DNA of 64,000 bases, taken from Actinomycetota bacterium. Its GTDB lineage: Bacteria; Actinomycetota; Actinomycetes; S36-B12. The stretch spans positions 25,191 to 89,190 of the forward strand of contig SYJA01000078.1 of assembly GCA_005798555.1 (NCBI GenBank). The letters are read 5' to 3'. This document shows, piece after piece, positions 54,619-64,000 of this stretch. The position numbers and the translations under genes are program-made. Within the stretch, counting starts at the first letter, position 1. The number at the start of each line of letters is the position of its first letter. The notes beneath the pieces are model-generated. The model was not told the DNA's origin. It did no database searches and was given only the letters and a program-made list of their open reading frames with translations.

Positions 54619-55434
54619 ATGCTCAAGGTGGTAACGGTCAACGTCAACGGCATCCGCGCGGCCCATCGTCGTGGCGGTTTGGATTGGCTGGCCGATGCGA
54701 AGCCGGAGGTCATATGCCTTCAAGAAGTCAGGGCGACCCATGAGCAACTACATGCGACACTCGCGCAGTCGCCACTGCGGGGATATCACGTAGCCCACGC
54801 ACCGGCTCCGCAACTTGGCCGCGCGGGGGTTGCCATCTTGACCCGCAAGCAGCCAACCGCGGTGCGTGAAGTGATGAAGGATCCGGTGCTCGCGAACTCC
54901 GGCCGCTGGATCGAAGTCGACCTCGATACCAAGGGTGGGCCGGTAACGGTCGTGTCGGTCTATGTCCATACCGGTGAAGCAGACACCCCTAGGCAAGCTG
55001 ATAAGTATGAGTTCTTAGCCGCGATGGATGCGCGCCTCAAAGCACTGCGTGCCCGAGCGACCCGGGCGGGGGGCGAGGTGGTGGTTTGCGGTGATTTCAA
55101 TATCGCCCACCATGAAGTTGATATTAAGAATTGGCGCGGAAATCGTGGCCGAGCCGGGTTCTTGGAGCAAGAGCGCGAGTATCTAGACCGTTGGTTTGCC
55201 GGGCAGTGGGTTGACCTCGGCCGCGCCCTCGGTGGTGCTGGCCCCGGGCCATACACCTGGTGGTCATGGCGCGGGCGCGGGTTCGACACCGATGGGGGCT
55301 GGCGCATTGACTACGTCATCGCTACCCCGGGCCTAGCCGGTAAGGCGGTGGCCGCGGTGGTCGGCAAGGCACTCTCCTACGCGGAGCGGTGGAGTGATCA
55401 CGCCCCGCTGACGGTAACTTTCAAGGTGCAGTAG
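54619..55434 (+). CDS. xthA: Exodeoxyribonuclease III
   Basis: MLKVVTVNVNGIRAA start, LQEV, GDFNIAH and SDHAPL motifs. Confidence 0.85.
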   Translation: MLKVVTVNVNGIRAAHRRGGLDWLADAKPEVICLQEVRATHEQLHATLAQSPLRGYHVAHAPAPQLGRAGVAILTRKQPTAVREVMKDPVLANSGRWIEVDLDTKGGPVTVVSVYVHTGEADTPRQADKYEFLAAMDARLKALRARATRAGGEVVVCGDFNIAHHEVDIKNWRGNRGRAGFLEQEREYLDRWFAGQWVDLGRALGGAGPGPYTWWSWRGRGFDTDGGWRIDYVIATPGLAGKAVAAVVGKALSYAERWSDHAPLTVTFKVQ

Positions 55435-56374
55435 CCCAACCGAGTTGGGCAACTAGTTCTGCGACCAAGGTTTCGGACAACAACTTGACATCATCATTTT
55501 CGTCACCTCGGTAGCGCAGGCTAAATCCGGCTTCGGGGATATCCTGGCCAACCGCAACCAGCGTGCTGCCCCGCTCTAGCACCCAGCGCATCAACTCAGG
55601 CTCCCAACGAGACCCGGAGAGCAGCAGCATGCGGTAATCGGTGCTCTTGGTCAGATAGACATCAACGTGACTCCAATCACCGGTCTCGCAGGCAACCGCC
55701 GGCAGGCGTGGGCCCTCGCGAAGCATCAGCGCCGACTGTTGGGCAGAGCTAAGTCTTTGGGCTGGAGCGACAATGTGGGTGCCTTGCGGCCCGAGCATGA
55801 GCTCGCTGACGCGTGGTAACCACTTGTCGCGGCGCTGGAGTAGATCGTCGGTGGCATCGGCACTGGCACGTAGCAGCGTTGGCACATCAAGAGCGCCGGC
55901 CAGGTGCGACTCCAGGGCGAGCAGGAGCGCAAGGGTGTGCTGGAATGACCTGCAGGCAACGCCACCTTGCTCAACCTGTGCGTCCATCAGCACGACATCC
56001 CCGACAAGCTCGGTGATTTTCGAGCCCGGGGTGTTTGTCAGGGCAATTATGTGACACCGGTCTTGGTAGTTCGCCAGCGCGGCCAAAGTCTCAAGTGATC
56101 CGCCGGAGGCTGAAACCGCGATGACTACGGTATTTTCCGTCGCCTTCGGCAGGAGGTCGCTGCTCGCCAATTCGGCCACCGCGTTTACACCAGTAGCCCG
56201 CAATCTCGCTGCCGCAACACTATTGGCATAGTGCGACGAACCCATACCGAGCAGCACGAGCTGGCTCTGGTCGGCCACCGCGCGCCAAGGGTTGTCTTGG
56301 GCGAGGCGATCAGCCAGGGCTCGCATGGTTTCTGGTTTACGCAGCAGATCGGCGGCGAACATTTCGGGATTCAT
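55421..56374 (-). CDS. Double SIS-domain sugar-phosphate isomerase/deaminase-like protein (GlmS C-terminal-like)
   Basis: LLGMGSSHYA and AVSASGGSLET SIS motifs. The ATG at 56374 overlaps the kinase stop (ATGA). Its 3' end overlaps the convergent xthA by 14 nt. Confidence 0.75.
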   Translation of the reverse strand: MNPEMFAADLLRKPETMRALADRLAQDNPWRAVADQSQLVLLGMGSSHYANSVAAARLRATGVNAVAELASSDLLPKATENTVVIAVSASGGSLETLAALANYQDRCHIIALTNTPGSKITELVGDVVLMDAQVEQGGVACRSFQHTLALLLALESHLAGALDVPTLLRASADATDDLLQRRDKWLPRVSELMLGPQGTHIVAPAQRLSSAQQSALMLREGPRLPAVACETGDWSHVDVYLTKSTDYRMLLLSGSRWEPELMRWVLERGSTLVAVGQDIPEAGFSLRYRGDENDDVKLLSETLVAELVAQLGWATAP

Positions 56375-57477
56375 GCCGAATTGTCCAATCGGTCCAAGAG
56401 GGCGGGCAGTGCCGTATCGGGAACATACCGCCAATGCGGCAGGTGTCGCACCGAGTAGCCGAACTCGCGGCACTCCTGTTGCACCTGGAACGGGCCGAGT
56501 AGCCGCTCATCAAGAAGGTGCGCACAATCTGCGCGGGCCAGCTCGTCTCGGTAATTGGCCAAGAACAAATCCTGCGCGGCGGTGATCCACCCCTCGACGA
56601 GTACCGGGTCGATCCCTGGGGTTCGATAAAGCGCTACCCGCCCGACGTGATCAAGTGACGCGAGCATGCCGGCGACGTCACGGGCCGCCGGTTGGCGTTG
56701 CATTCGCTCGAGCGCACTTTGCAGTGGGTTGCCGTCGAAGTCGACGACGGTGTAGACGTACGGCTTCGAGGTGCGCAGGATTTGGCCAATATGGAGATCA
56801 CCGTGCACATCAATAATTGGGGTGCCGGCGCACTGCGCGATTGGCAGGAGGCGTTGGCTTATGCGCCTGGCAAGGGTGCGCAGCCGCTGACCTTCGGCAC
56901 CGTCCACCAACTCGAGTGCATTGCAAAGGTCACCTTCGGCCACCCGGTGCCACTCCGCACACGTTTTCGCATTCGCAGGCTCGACCCCGGTACGTGAAAA
57001 GGCAAGATGCATCCGCGCGGTGATTACCCCAAGCTCGATTGGCGCGCTCAGGGCGCCAGACTGCTCGCCGCGCACATGGGCGCGCACATCTTCGACCGCC
57101 CACTCCCAACCATCTTCGGTCCCGGGCAGGTACTCGGTGACAATTGCTGACAGTTTCAACGCACCGGTTTCGGTATCCCGCTGGTGCAGTAAGCCCCAGG
57201 GCCTGGGCATTGCGGTGAACCCGGCGTCTACCAGCGCCTGGAGTCGCTGCGGCGCCGGGTGCCCGGCGACGTCAGTGTGCAGCAGCCACTTGACGATTGC
57301 CCGATCGCCGACCACCACGGATCTATTGGTCTGGTCCACGGTGATCGCTCGCTCACCGGTGGCGGGCTCGGCGTACCAGACCGTGATGACCTCATCGAGA
57401 TTAGGTGTCTGACCCGCGACCAATGCTGCGACCAAGGCATCGGCGTCGCCGGGGGTCATCCCGCGTTCCGGCTTCAC
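56371..57477 (-). CDS. Maltokinase-like phosphotransferase (possibly of the actinobacterial glucosamine-kinase type)
   Basis: HGDLHIGQILR, VVDFDGNP and ARDVAGMLASLDHVG motifs parallel those of maltokinase (Pep2). GTGA overlap with the GT gene. Confidence 0.65.
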   Translation of the reverse strand: MKPERGMTPGDADALVAALVAGQTPNLDEVITVWYAEPATGERAITVDQTNRSVVVGDRAIVKWLLHTDVAGHPAPQRLQALVDAGFTAMPRPWGLLHQRDTETGALKLSAIVTEYLPGTEDGWEWAVEDVRAHVRGEQSGALSAPIELGVITARMHLAFSRTGVEPANAKTCAEWHRVAEGDLCNALELVDGAEGQRLRTLARRISQRLLPIAQCAGTPIIDVHGDLHIGQILRTSKPYVYTVVDFDGNPLQSALERMQRQPAARDVAGMLASLDHVGRVALYRTPGIDPVLVEGWITAAQDLFLANYRDELARADCAHLLDERLLGPFQVQQECREFGYSVRHLPHWRYVPDTALPALLDRLDNSA

Positions 57478-58790
57478 TCGGATGGGCCGGCCAGCCCTAG
57501 TGCGGCCGATTCGATGATGTCGGCACCCGCACGTAGTCCATCGCGCGCTCTGATCGCCTTGCCATTTTCCGCCATTTGGGTGCGCAGAGCCTGGTTGTTC
57601 AGGAGCTTGTCGAGGGCGTCGAACATTTCCTGATCGGTGAAGGCGTAGGTGGAGAGGCGAACGCCAAACCCGAGTTCGTCCATTCGTTGCGCGTTGTCGT
57701 ACTGATCCCAGAAAAGTGGAAGCAAGATCATCGGCTTGCCAAAGTGGAGTGCTTCGGTGGTCGTGTTGTTACCGCCATGGGTTATCACCAGATCCAGCTG
57801 GGGGATGACCTTGGTCTGGGGCAAGAACTCCATGCCGATCATGTTGTCCGCTAATTCGAATCCATCATGCTGCGGGCCCTTGCTGACGATGAACCGGTGC
57901 TTGGTTCGACCAAGGACGTCGACGAGGCGTTTCATCAAATCGACGTCGGCACTGCCGAGTGATCCCAGCGACAGATAGATCAAGGCGCTGCCAGCTGGTC
58001 GATTGCGCGCCAGCTCGGGGAGCTCGAATTCCTGATCGGTCTCGCGAACACTGGAATCCATGCGGTGCCAGGATGAGTTCAATGGTCGCAGGTCTAGGTA
58101 GTCAGCCTCCTTGGGAAACACATAGAGGTTCGCTGCTGTTGACTCGTGAATGAATTGCAAGTCTGGAAGTGGGTCTGCACCTTGCTCAGTCACCCACTCA
58201 TTGAAATCGGTCCACATCGGCCGGTGGGTGCGGTCGTACTCGATTCGAAAGGCATCCCACATGGTGCGGTCATCGGCTGGGTAACCGGAGTATGGGGGGG
58301 CGATATTTGGCCCTGTGATCTCAAGTGGGTTGCAGGAGACAATGCGGACGAACGGCACTCCGGCGGTCATCAAGGCCGGGAAGCACAGCACGTTGTCCTC
58401 GACGACTACATCTGGTCGCACCCGTTCGATAATCGCCCGCAACTGCGGCTCGCAGTACTTTGCACCGTCGATTAGGGCTTGCCAGGTGGGCAGCATGAAG
58501 GTTGACAGTTGATCGATGGTGGGCTTGCGAAACTCTGGTGAGGTATCGCGAATGAAATCCTTCCAAAATTGACCGGCGTCTTGCTCGACCTCTGTGTCGG
58601 GCGGGGGAGCCAGGTCGACAAGATCCTCCTCGAAGCCGAGCGCTGCCAACTTGCCCTTCCAGGAGGCCTCGGCGGCGAAGACCACCCGGTGGCCGCGTTC
58701 GAGAAGGACTTTCCCGATCCCGATGCATTGGTTGGTAGGGCCGTAGGCGGACTCCGGCATGAAGAGGATGGTTCTTGGTGTCGTTGTCAT
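57474..58790 (-). CDS. GT1-family (UDP-glycosyltransferase / MGT-like) glycosyltransferase
   Basis: GT-B fold with N-terminal YGPTNQCIGIGKVL and a C-terminal THGGNNTTTEALHFGKPMILLPLFWDQ donor-binding signature. Confidence 0.8.
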   Translation of the reverse strand: MTTTPRTILFMPESAYGPTNQCIGIGKVLLERGHRVVFAAEASWKGKLAALGFEEDLVDLAPPPDTEVEQDAGQFWKDFIRDTSPEFRKPTIDQLSTFMLPTWQALIDGAKYCEPQLRAIIERVRPDVVVEDNVLCFPALMTAGVPFVRIVSCNPLEITGPNIAPPYSGYPADDRTMWDAFRIEYDRTHRPMWTDFNEWVTEQGADPLPDLQFIHESTAANLYVFPKEADYLDLRPLNSSWHRMDSSVRETDQEFELPELARNRPAGSALIYLSLGSLGSADVDLMKRLVDVLGRTKHRFIVSKGPQHDGFELADNMIGMEFLPQTKVIPQLDLVITHGGNNTTTEALHFGKPMILLPLFWDQYDNAQRMDELGFGVRLSTYAFTDQEMFDALDKLLNNQALRTQMAENGKAIRARDGLRAGADIIESAALGLAGPSE

Positions 58791-59413
58791 CTGTTCTCCA
58801 CTGGGAGCGGGTGGTTGGTTGCCAAGCGGGCGTAATCAAGGATGAGTTCGGCAGCTACCCCATGATCCAAAGTGGGGTGGCTGGCCATGATGCGATAGCC
58901 GTAGGCGTCTTCGAGGGCAACGAGGTTTCGGGCGATGGTGAGTGAGTCCGCGGCAAGGTTGAAAACTCCCTGAAATGCACCCGTGTCGAGCAGGGTTTGG
59001 TACATCGCAACCTGCCGATCAAATAAGGCGGTGAGCAGCACCGCGTACATAGTATTTCGCGCCGCCGCACCACCTAGTGCACACAGTAGGCGGACTTCCT
59101 CGTCGTCCTGACCAGTTGGTAGGCCCGAAGTAATCGTCACCACAAGTCGTTCAGCAGGGTCGGTAATACCTTCGAGTGCCGCTAGCCGGTCGGTGTAGAA
59201 CCTCTCCATTCCTGCTCGATTTGCATCGACGAGCAGGTCTTGAAGGTCTGGATAGTGGTAAAGGATTGCCCCCGACGTCAGCCCGGCGTGCTCGGCGACT
59301 TGATTCAGGCGAACAGCGGTGCCGTGTTCGGCCATCGCCCGCTGCGCCGCTTCTAGGAGGTCGGCGCGCTTGGCACTTTTTTGGCGGGACTCCCGCCCGG
59401 TGGATTTGGCCAT
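58787..59413 (-). CDS. TetR/AcrR-family transcriptional regulator
   Basis: N-terminal HTH (LLEAAQRAMAEHGTAVRLNQVAEHAGLTSGAILYHY). First gene of the operon, with ATGA overlap to the GT gene. Confidence 0.85.
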   Translation of the reverse strand: MAKSTGRESRQKSAKRADLLEAAQRAMAEHGTAVRLNQVAEHAGLTSGAILYHYPDLQDLLVDANRAGMERFYTDRLAALEGITDPAERLVVTITSGLPTGQDDEEVRLLCALGGAAARNTMYAVLLTALFDRQVAMYQTLLDTGAFQGVFNLAADSLTIARNLVALEDAYGYRIMASHPTLDHGVAAELILDYARLATNHPLPVENR

Positions 59414-59597
59414 GGCTCGGCCACTCTAGCGAGCCGGATTCATCCTTAAATCCAAATTCAGAAAAATTTGATAACTATTTGCATAGCAATGCCAAAAGTG
59501 CTTGCAGTTCCTGCATCCGTGTGTAACGCTCAGGAAGCTTCGGGCGAACTACCCGATTACAAAGTCGGCGCCGAAAGCGCCGGATAGGAGCCAGCAA

Positions 59598-60707
59598 ATG
59601 CGAGAGAGTGCAATGAGTATGCGCAAGATGGGTGCTGTCGGGGCAATCGCGGCCAGCGCGGCCCTGCTGCTGGCGGCATGTGGTGGCAGTAGCAGTGCGC
59701 CCGCCGCACTGGACCCAAACGCTGACCTCACCAAGCAGAGCCTTACGGTCTCGAACTGGGCTGGCTATTACCCAGAGGATCTTCCGGCCAAGTTCCAAGG
59801 CGCTGTTGGTGCGCCGTTGACAATCGCCAATCACGCTACTAACGAAGAGATCATGGGCAAGCTGACCGCCGGTGGTGATTCGGGCATTGACGTGGCATTT
59901 GTTTCGGGCCAATACGCCCAGGCTTTGAACGACGCCGGGCTACTTGAACCAATTCAGCCCAATCTGATCGCCAACATGAAGAACTTGGCGCCGGAGGCAA
60001 CGCAACTGGCTTTCGATAAGGGCAATGTCTTCTCGGTTCCATACACCTGGGGCACGACAGGTATCTGTTACCGCAGCGATTTGGTTAGCAAGGCCCCGGA
60101 CAGCTGGAATGACATCCTGCAGGCGTCGGATGATACCAAGGGCAAGATCACAGCACTTGCCACCGAGCGCTGGCTCTTGTTGCCGGCCTTGAAGTCCTTG
60201 GGCTACTCGATTAACACCACCGACGATGCGCAACTCCAGGAGGCGAAGGATCTGCTGATTGCGGCGAAGCCAAATCTGTTGGCCTACGACGACACGACTT
60301 ACTTCTCCCGGTTGGTTTCGGGTGAGGCGGTCATGTCGGTGGCCTGGGATGGCTGGTGCAACTACGGCACCGCTGAAGACCCGAACATCAAGTTCGTGGT
60401 GCCGAAGGAGGGCAGTGACCTTTGGTCGGACACCATGGTGATCTTGAAGACGTCAAAGAACAAGGAGGCAGCTCATGCCTTCATGAACTTCATCCTCGAC
60501 CCGGCGAACCATGCCTGGGTTGCCGAGAACATCCTCTACAAGGTGCCGAACAAAGCCGCCATGGATCAAGTTGGCGCTGCCTTGGCGGCGACTTATCCAA
60601 ACATGGGCATGTCAGCGGCTGACCTACTAAAGGAGGAAGTCGTTGTCGATGTTGGTGCTGATAACTCGAAGTACACCAAAGTTGCTACCGAGGTCACTTC
60701 TAACTAG
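59598..60707 (+). CDS. potD: Spermidine/putrescine ABC transporter substrate-binding lipoprotein
   Basis: Lipobox LLLAAC, then a PotD/PotF-type fold (LTVSNWAGYYPE). ATG 59598 has GGAG 9 nt upstream. The listed start at 59502 is over-extended. Confidence 0.8.
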   Translation: MRESAMSMRKMGAVGAIAASAALLLAACGGSSSAPAALDPNADLTKQSLTVSNWAGYYPEDLPAKFQGAVGAPLTIANHATNEEIMGKLTAGGDSGIDVAFVSGQYAQALNDAGLLEPIQPNLIANMKNLAPEATQLAFDKGNVFSVPYTWGTTGICYRSDLVSKAPDSWNDILQASDDTKGKITALATERWLLLPALKSLGYSINTTDDAQLQEAKDLLIAAKPNLLAYDDTTYFSRLVSGEAVMSVAWDGWCNYGTAEDPNIKFVVPKEGSDLWSDTMVILKTSKNKEAAHAFMNFILDPANHAWVAENILYKVPNKAAMDQVGAALAATYPNMGMSAADLLKEEVVVDVGADNSKYTKVATEVTSN

Positions 60708-60710
60708 TTA

Positions 60711-61613
60711 GTGAGTTCGATGGCTTCCACTGTCGCCCAAGGGCGCGGCGCAGATAAGCGCCGCGCCCTTGGGGCGCGTACGGCCTTTCTTGGTCCCGGG
60801 CTTCTCTACGTGACAGCTTTCATGACCATCCCGATTTTGCTGGTGGTTTCATACGCGTTCTTGACCCGCGGCCGATTTGGCGGTGTTGAGTTTCCGGTCA
60901 CTCTGGAAAACTTCGTACGGGCCCTTGACCCCATTTATCTTCGAGTACTGTGGAACTCGATCTTCATCGCATCTGCGACAACCCTGCTGGCGCTACTGAT
61001 CGGCTACCCGACGGCTTACGCCATTACCAGGCTTCCTGTCAGGTGGCGCACGGTGGCACTTGTCCTCGTGGTGCTTCCGTTCTGGACCAATTTCTTGATC
61101 CGTACTTATGCCTGGATCGTGCTCTTGAATTCGCAGGGACCGGTAAATAAAACTTTGGAAAGTTTGGGCTTGATTGATGCTCCCCTGGAGCTGCTCTACA
61201 CCCGCGGTGCGGTTATCGCCGGCCTGCTGTACGCGTATCTGCCGTTGATGATCCTGCCGGTATATGCGTCAATCGAACGCCTGGACCGTTCGCTGTTGGA
61301 AGCGGCCACGAATCTAGGTGCCAGTAAGTTCTGGAGTTTCATCACCGTCACCTTGCCGCTGACCCTACCGGGCACGATGATCGGAGCGATTTTCGTATTC
61401 GTGCCGAGCCTGGGGAATTTTATCGTGCCGGAGTTACTCGGGGGCGGCAAGACGGTGATGGTCGGGAACCTGATCCGGGATCAATTCCTCAAGGCCCGCG
61501 ACTGGCCATTTGGCGCCGTGCTCGCTCTGGTTATGGTGCTATTCCTCGCCGGGTTATTCGCGGTTCAGGCCATAGTGGCGCGTCGAATTAATGGACGTGG
61601 TGCCCGTGCGTAA
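60711..61613 (+). CDS. potB: Spermidine/putrescine ABC transporter permease
   Basis: Six TM segments and EAA loop (EAATNLGASKFWSFITVTLP). Confidence 0.8.
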   Translation: MSSMASTVAQGRGADKRRALGARTAFLGPGLLYVTAFMTIPILLVVSYAFLTRGRFGGVEFPVTLENFVRALDPIYLRVLWNSIFIASATTLLALLIGYPTAYAITRLPVRWRTVALVLVVLPFWTNFLIRTYAWIVLLNSQGPVNKTLESLGLIDAPLELLYTRGAVIAGLLYAYLPLMILPVYASIERLDRSLLEAATNLGASKFWSFITVTLPLTLPGTMIGAIFVFVPSLGNFIVPELLGGGKTVMVGNLIRDQFLKARDWPFGAVLALVMVLFLAGLFAVQAIVARRINGRGARA

Positions 61614-62376
61614 TCTCGGCTGGCTACGTCTGCCATTTCTGCTGACCTTCGTGTTCTTGTACGTGCCCTTGGTGGTTGTCGTCGTGATGTCGTTCAATAG
61701 TGGCAAACAGCCGTTTTCCTGGGGCGGTTTTAGCACTAGGTGGTACGGGGTCCTTGCGGCGGACACCGCGGTGCGGCAGGGGTTGCTAAATACGTTAATC
61801 GTGGCCGTGGGTGCCACCATCTTGGCAACCATTCTCGGGACGCTGCTGGCAATCGGTCTCGCGCGCTTCACCCGCTCGGCGCTCCTTGAGGCTTACTCGC
61901 TTACCCCAGCGATCATTCCTGACCTGGCACTTGCCATCGGACTACTCGTGATGTTCAGCGCTATCGGGATGACCCTCGGGTTGCATTCGGTACTTCTTGC
62001 GCACGTGGTGTTCGGGATGGCATTCGTAGCCGCCGTGGTGACGGCACGCCTAGGGCAAAATGATCCGAGCCTGGAAGAGGCCTCCGGTGATTTAGGGGCA
62101 AATGCGGCTACCACCTTTTTCAAGATAACCGTGCCCACGCTCCTGCCAGCGATCGTGGCCGGGGCGCTATTGGTTTTCACCCTGTCCCTTGATGAATTCG
62201 TTATTGCCTTCTTCACCGATGGACCGGCGACTCCGACTTTGCCCATAGTCATCTACTCGATGGTGCGCTTTGGTGTCACTCCAGAAATAAATGCGCTAGC
62301 TGCCCTACTTCTCTTAGTTAGTTTCACTGTCGTGATCGCTGCCCAGCGCATTACCCGACTTACGGATGCCGTATGA
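61591..62376 (+). CDS. potC: Spermidine/putrescine ABC transporter permease
   Basis: Six TM segments and EAA loop (EEASGDLGANAATTFFKITVP). Confidence 0.8.
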   Translation: MDVVPVRNLGWLRLPFLLTFVFLYVPLVVVVVMSFNSGKQPFSWGGFSTRWYGVLAADTAVRQGLLNTLIVAVGATILATILGTLLAIGLARFTRSALLEAYSLTPAIIPDLALAIGLLVMFSAIGMTLGLHSVLLAHVVFGMAFVAAVVTARLGQNDPSLEEASGDLGANAATTFFKITVPTLLPAIVAGALLVFTLSLDEFVIAFFTDGPATPTLPIVIYSMVRFGVTPEINALAALLLLVSFTVVIAAQRITRLTDAV

Positions 62377-63419
62377 CACAAAAACACCTGGTGGAAATCT
62401 CCGGCCTCAGCAAGAGTTACGGGGACGTCGTCGCCCTCGATGATGTGAGCATTTCAATCAAGGAAAACGAGTTCTTTGCACTGCTCGGCCCGTCCGGCTG
62501 CGGCAAGACCACCCTTCTTCGCGTTATCGCGGGCTTCGAAGAGCCAGATTCCGGGGCGGTGCTGTTGGGCGGCGAGAATCTGCTTTCGCTACCTCCGCAC
62601 AAGCGACCGATCAACCTCATGTTCCAGTCCTACGCCCTCTTTCCCCACATGTCGGTCGAGCGAAACGTCGCCTACGGGTTGGAACGCGAAAAACTCCCTA
62701 AGGATGAAATCCGATCACGGGTCAAGGAGGTGCTCGCCACCGTCGGGTTAATGGACAAGGCCCGCACCCGGCCGGCTCAATTATCAGGTGGGCAGCGGCA
62801 GCGGGTGGCACTCGCCCGCGCCATCGTAAAGCGACCGCAACTGCTGCTCCTTGACGAGCCGCTATCAGCCCTTGACCGCAAGGTGCGTGCCGAGATGCAG
62901 CTTGAACTCAAGCGGCTGCAGCATGAGGTGGGTATTACTTTCGTTGTTGTCACGCACGATCAGGAAGAAGCGATGTCGATGGCTGATCGAATTGCGGTGA
63001 TGTCACTTGGCCGGGTACAGCAGGTAGATACGCCGGTGGGGATGTACCAGCGGCCGGCAAATGTATTCGTCGCCGACTTCATCGGCACCAGCAATATGTT
63101 TGAGGGCGTTGCGGTGGCCGGTGGGGTTGATGTCACGAGTTTTGGTTTCCTGCCCGCTCAAGATCCCACGCCGGCGGTGACTGGGGCGGCGTACTTGATG
63201 GTGCGCCCTGAGGATGTCCGAATTGTCGATGACGGTGGACTACTCACCGGAACCGTGCTGGAAACCCAATTCTTCGGTGGCGCGTCAACCATCGCGGTGC
63301 AGGTTGCCGGTCACCTGGCACCGGTGGTGCTTACCTGCCAGGGCACGGCGAATGTGCAAAGGGGAGCATCGGTGCAGCTTTCGTGGCTCGCGGATAAAGC
63401 AGTGATGCTGGCCCGATGA
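62373..63419 (+). CDS. potA: Spermidine/putrescine ABC transporter ATP-binding protein
   Basis: Walker A GPSGCGKTT, LSGGQRQRVALARA, LLLDEPLSALD, and a C-terminal TOBE-like domain. Confidence 0.85.
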   Translation: MTQKHLVEISGLSKSYGDVVALDDVSISIKENEFFALLGPSGCGKTTLLRVIAGFEEPDSGAVLLGGENLLSLPPHKRPINLMFQSYALFPHMSVERNVAYGLEREKLPKDEIRSRVKEVLATVGLMDKARTRPAQLSGGQRQRVALARAIVKRPQLLLLDEPLSALDRKVRAEMQLELKRLQHEVGITFVVVTHDQEEAMSMADRIAVMSLGRVQQVDTPVGMYQRPANVFVADFIGTSNMFEGVAVAGGVDVTSFGFLPAQDPTPAVTGAAYLMVRPEDVRIVDDGGLLTGTVLETQFFGGASTIAVQVAGHLAPVVLTCQGTANVQRGASVQLSWLADKAVMLAR

Positions 63420-64000
63420 GTATCTTGACGGCCGGTGTGAATGATGCGCTTCGCGATGCAGCGCCACTGCCATTTTGGACGGATCGAGGTGATCACCCGG
63501 CCAGTTGCTCACCCTTAACCGGGCAGATCACCGCCGATCTGGTGATTGTCGGTGGGGGCCTGACCGGTCTGTGGGCGGCTATTTCGGCGCGCGAGGCGAA
63601 CCCGGAATCCAGCGTGGTGCTGTTGGAGGCCAAGTCCATCGCATTTGGTGCGTCGGGTCGAAATGGCGGATTCATCTCGGAGTCATTGACCCACGGCATC
63701 GCACACGGCTTAGCAATGTGGCCTGATGAGATTTCGACGCTACTGCGAATGGGCCGGGAGAACCTTGCCGAGATTGCGGCATTCGTGGCGACGGAGGGCA
63801 TTGATGCCGGGCTGCGCCTTTGCGGCAAGACAGCGGTGGCGGTCCGGCAGCATCAAGTCGAGCAATTGCGAGCAAGTGTTGATCTGCATCGCAAATTTGG
63901 TGAGGATGCGTTGTTCCTTGACGGCGAGCAGGTGCGCACCGACGTAAATTCGCCGACCTACCTAGCTGGGATGCGGGTGCGCACCGGTAGCGGCTTACTT
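63416..64000 (+). CDS. FAD-dependent oxidoreductase (gamma-glutamylputrescine-oxidase/DAO-like), 5' partial at the window edge
   Basis: Not in the ORF track because there is no stop in the window. The ATG at 63416 overlaps the potA TGA. It encodes DLVIVGGGLTGLWAA (Rossmann dinucleotide motif) and GASGRNGGF. The frame stays open for 195 codons to the window end. Confidence 0.7.
   Translation, partial: MSILTAGVNDALRDAAPLPFWTDRGDHPASCSPLTGQITADLVIVGGGLTGLWAAISAREANPESSVVLLEAKSIAFGASGRNGGFISESLTHGIAHGLAMWPDEISTLLRMGRENLAEIAAFVATEGIDAGLRLCGKTAVAVRQHQVEQLRASVDLHRKFGEDALFLDGEQVRTDVNSPTYLAGMRVRTGSGLL

Overview
This is a high-GC chromosomal segment from an Actinomycetota genome. It is densely coding, with about 70 protein genes and many 4-nt ATGA/GTGA start/stop overlaps. 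I found no rRNA, tRNA, CRISPR array, transposase or integrase. All family calls come from motif recognition only, because no database search was possible.

The backbone follows the gene order I recall for Mycobacterium tuberculosis Rv1079-Rv1112: metB, greA, DUF4307, mca, DUF255/thioredoxin-like, Z-prenyl diphosphate synthase, phoH2, fumarase, glpX, DUF4245, xseBA, ispH, an Rv1111c-like membrane protein and ychF.

Blocks lying between these backbone genes:
- an MFS / Gfo-Idh-MocA / class I aldolase / FGGY kinase sugar cluster
- an HExxH metallohydrolase + DUF2786 pair translationally coupled to ilvA
- a DrrAB-like ABC exporter
- modABC with an HTH-TOBE regulator
- a livGFHM-J operon with an appended secreted alpha/beta hydrolase
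- a xanthine-dehydrogenase-family enzyme
- an MBL-rhodanese / TauE sulfur module
- tesB plus a HAD-kinase fusion
- an orphan DUF1778 antitoxin beside a PPTase
- a TetR / GT1 / maltokinase-like kinase / SIS operon
- potDBCA plus an FAD oxidase

Observations most worth a second look:
1. Two paralogous 55-aa ORFs sit 11 kb apart and are missed or mis-called by the ORF track. They share a conserved APxxSAPxxRLALxVGWxRPGxxxIG core and an NDE C-terminus. Their substitution pattern looks like purifying selection. I do not recognise the family.
2. The LivM permease carries a ~110-aa acidic, proline-rich repetitive insertion.
3. An 18-bp perfect palindrome with DasR-box-like half-sites lies inside the liv operon.
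4. A DUF1778 antitoxin has no GNAT toxin. It is followed by a possible 40-aa zinc-ribbon, Cys-rich micro-ORF and a PPTase.
5. Two decayed genes are present: TauE frameshifted at a G6 run, and a HAD acid phosphatase with its catalytic core deleted.

I found no canonical defence system or mobile element.
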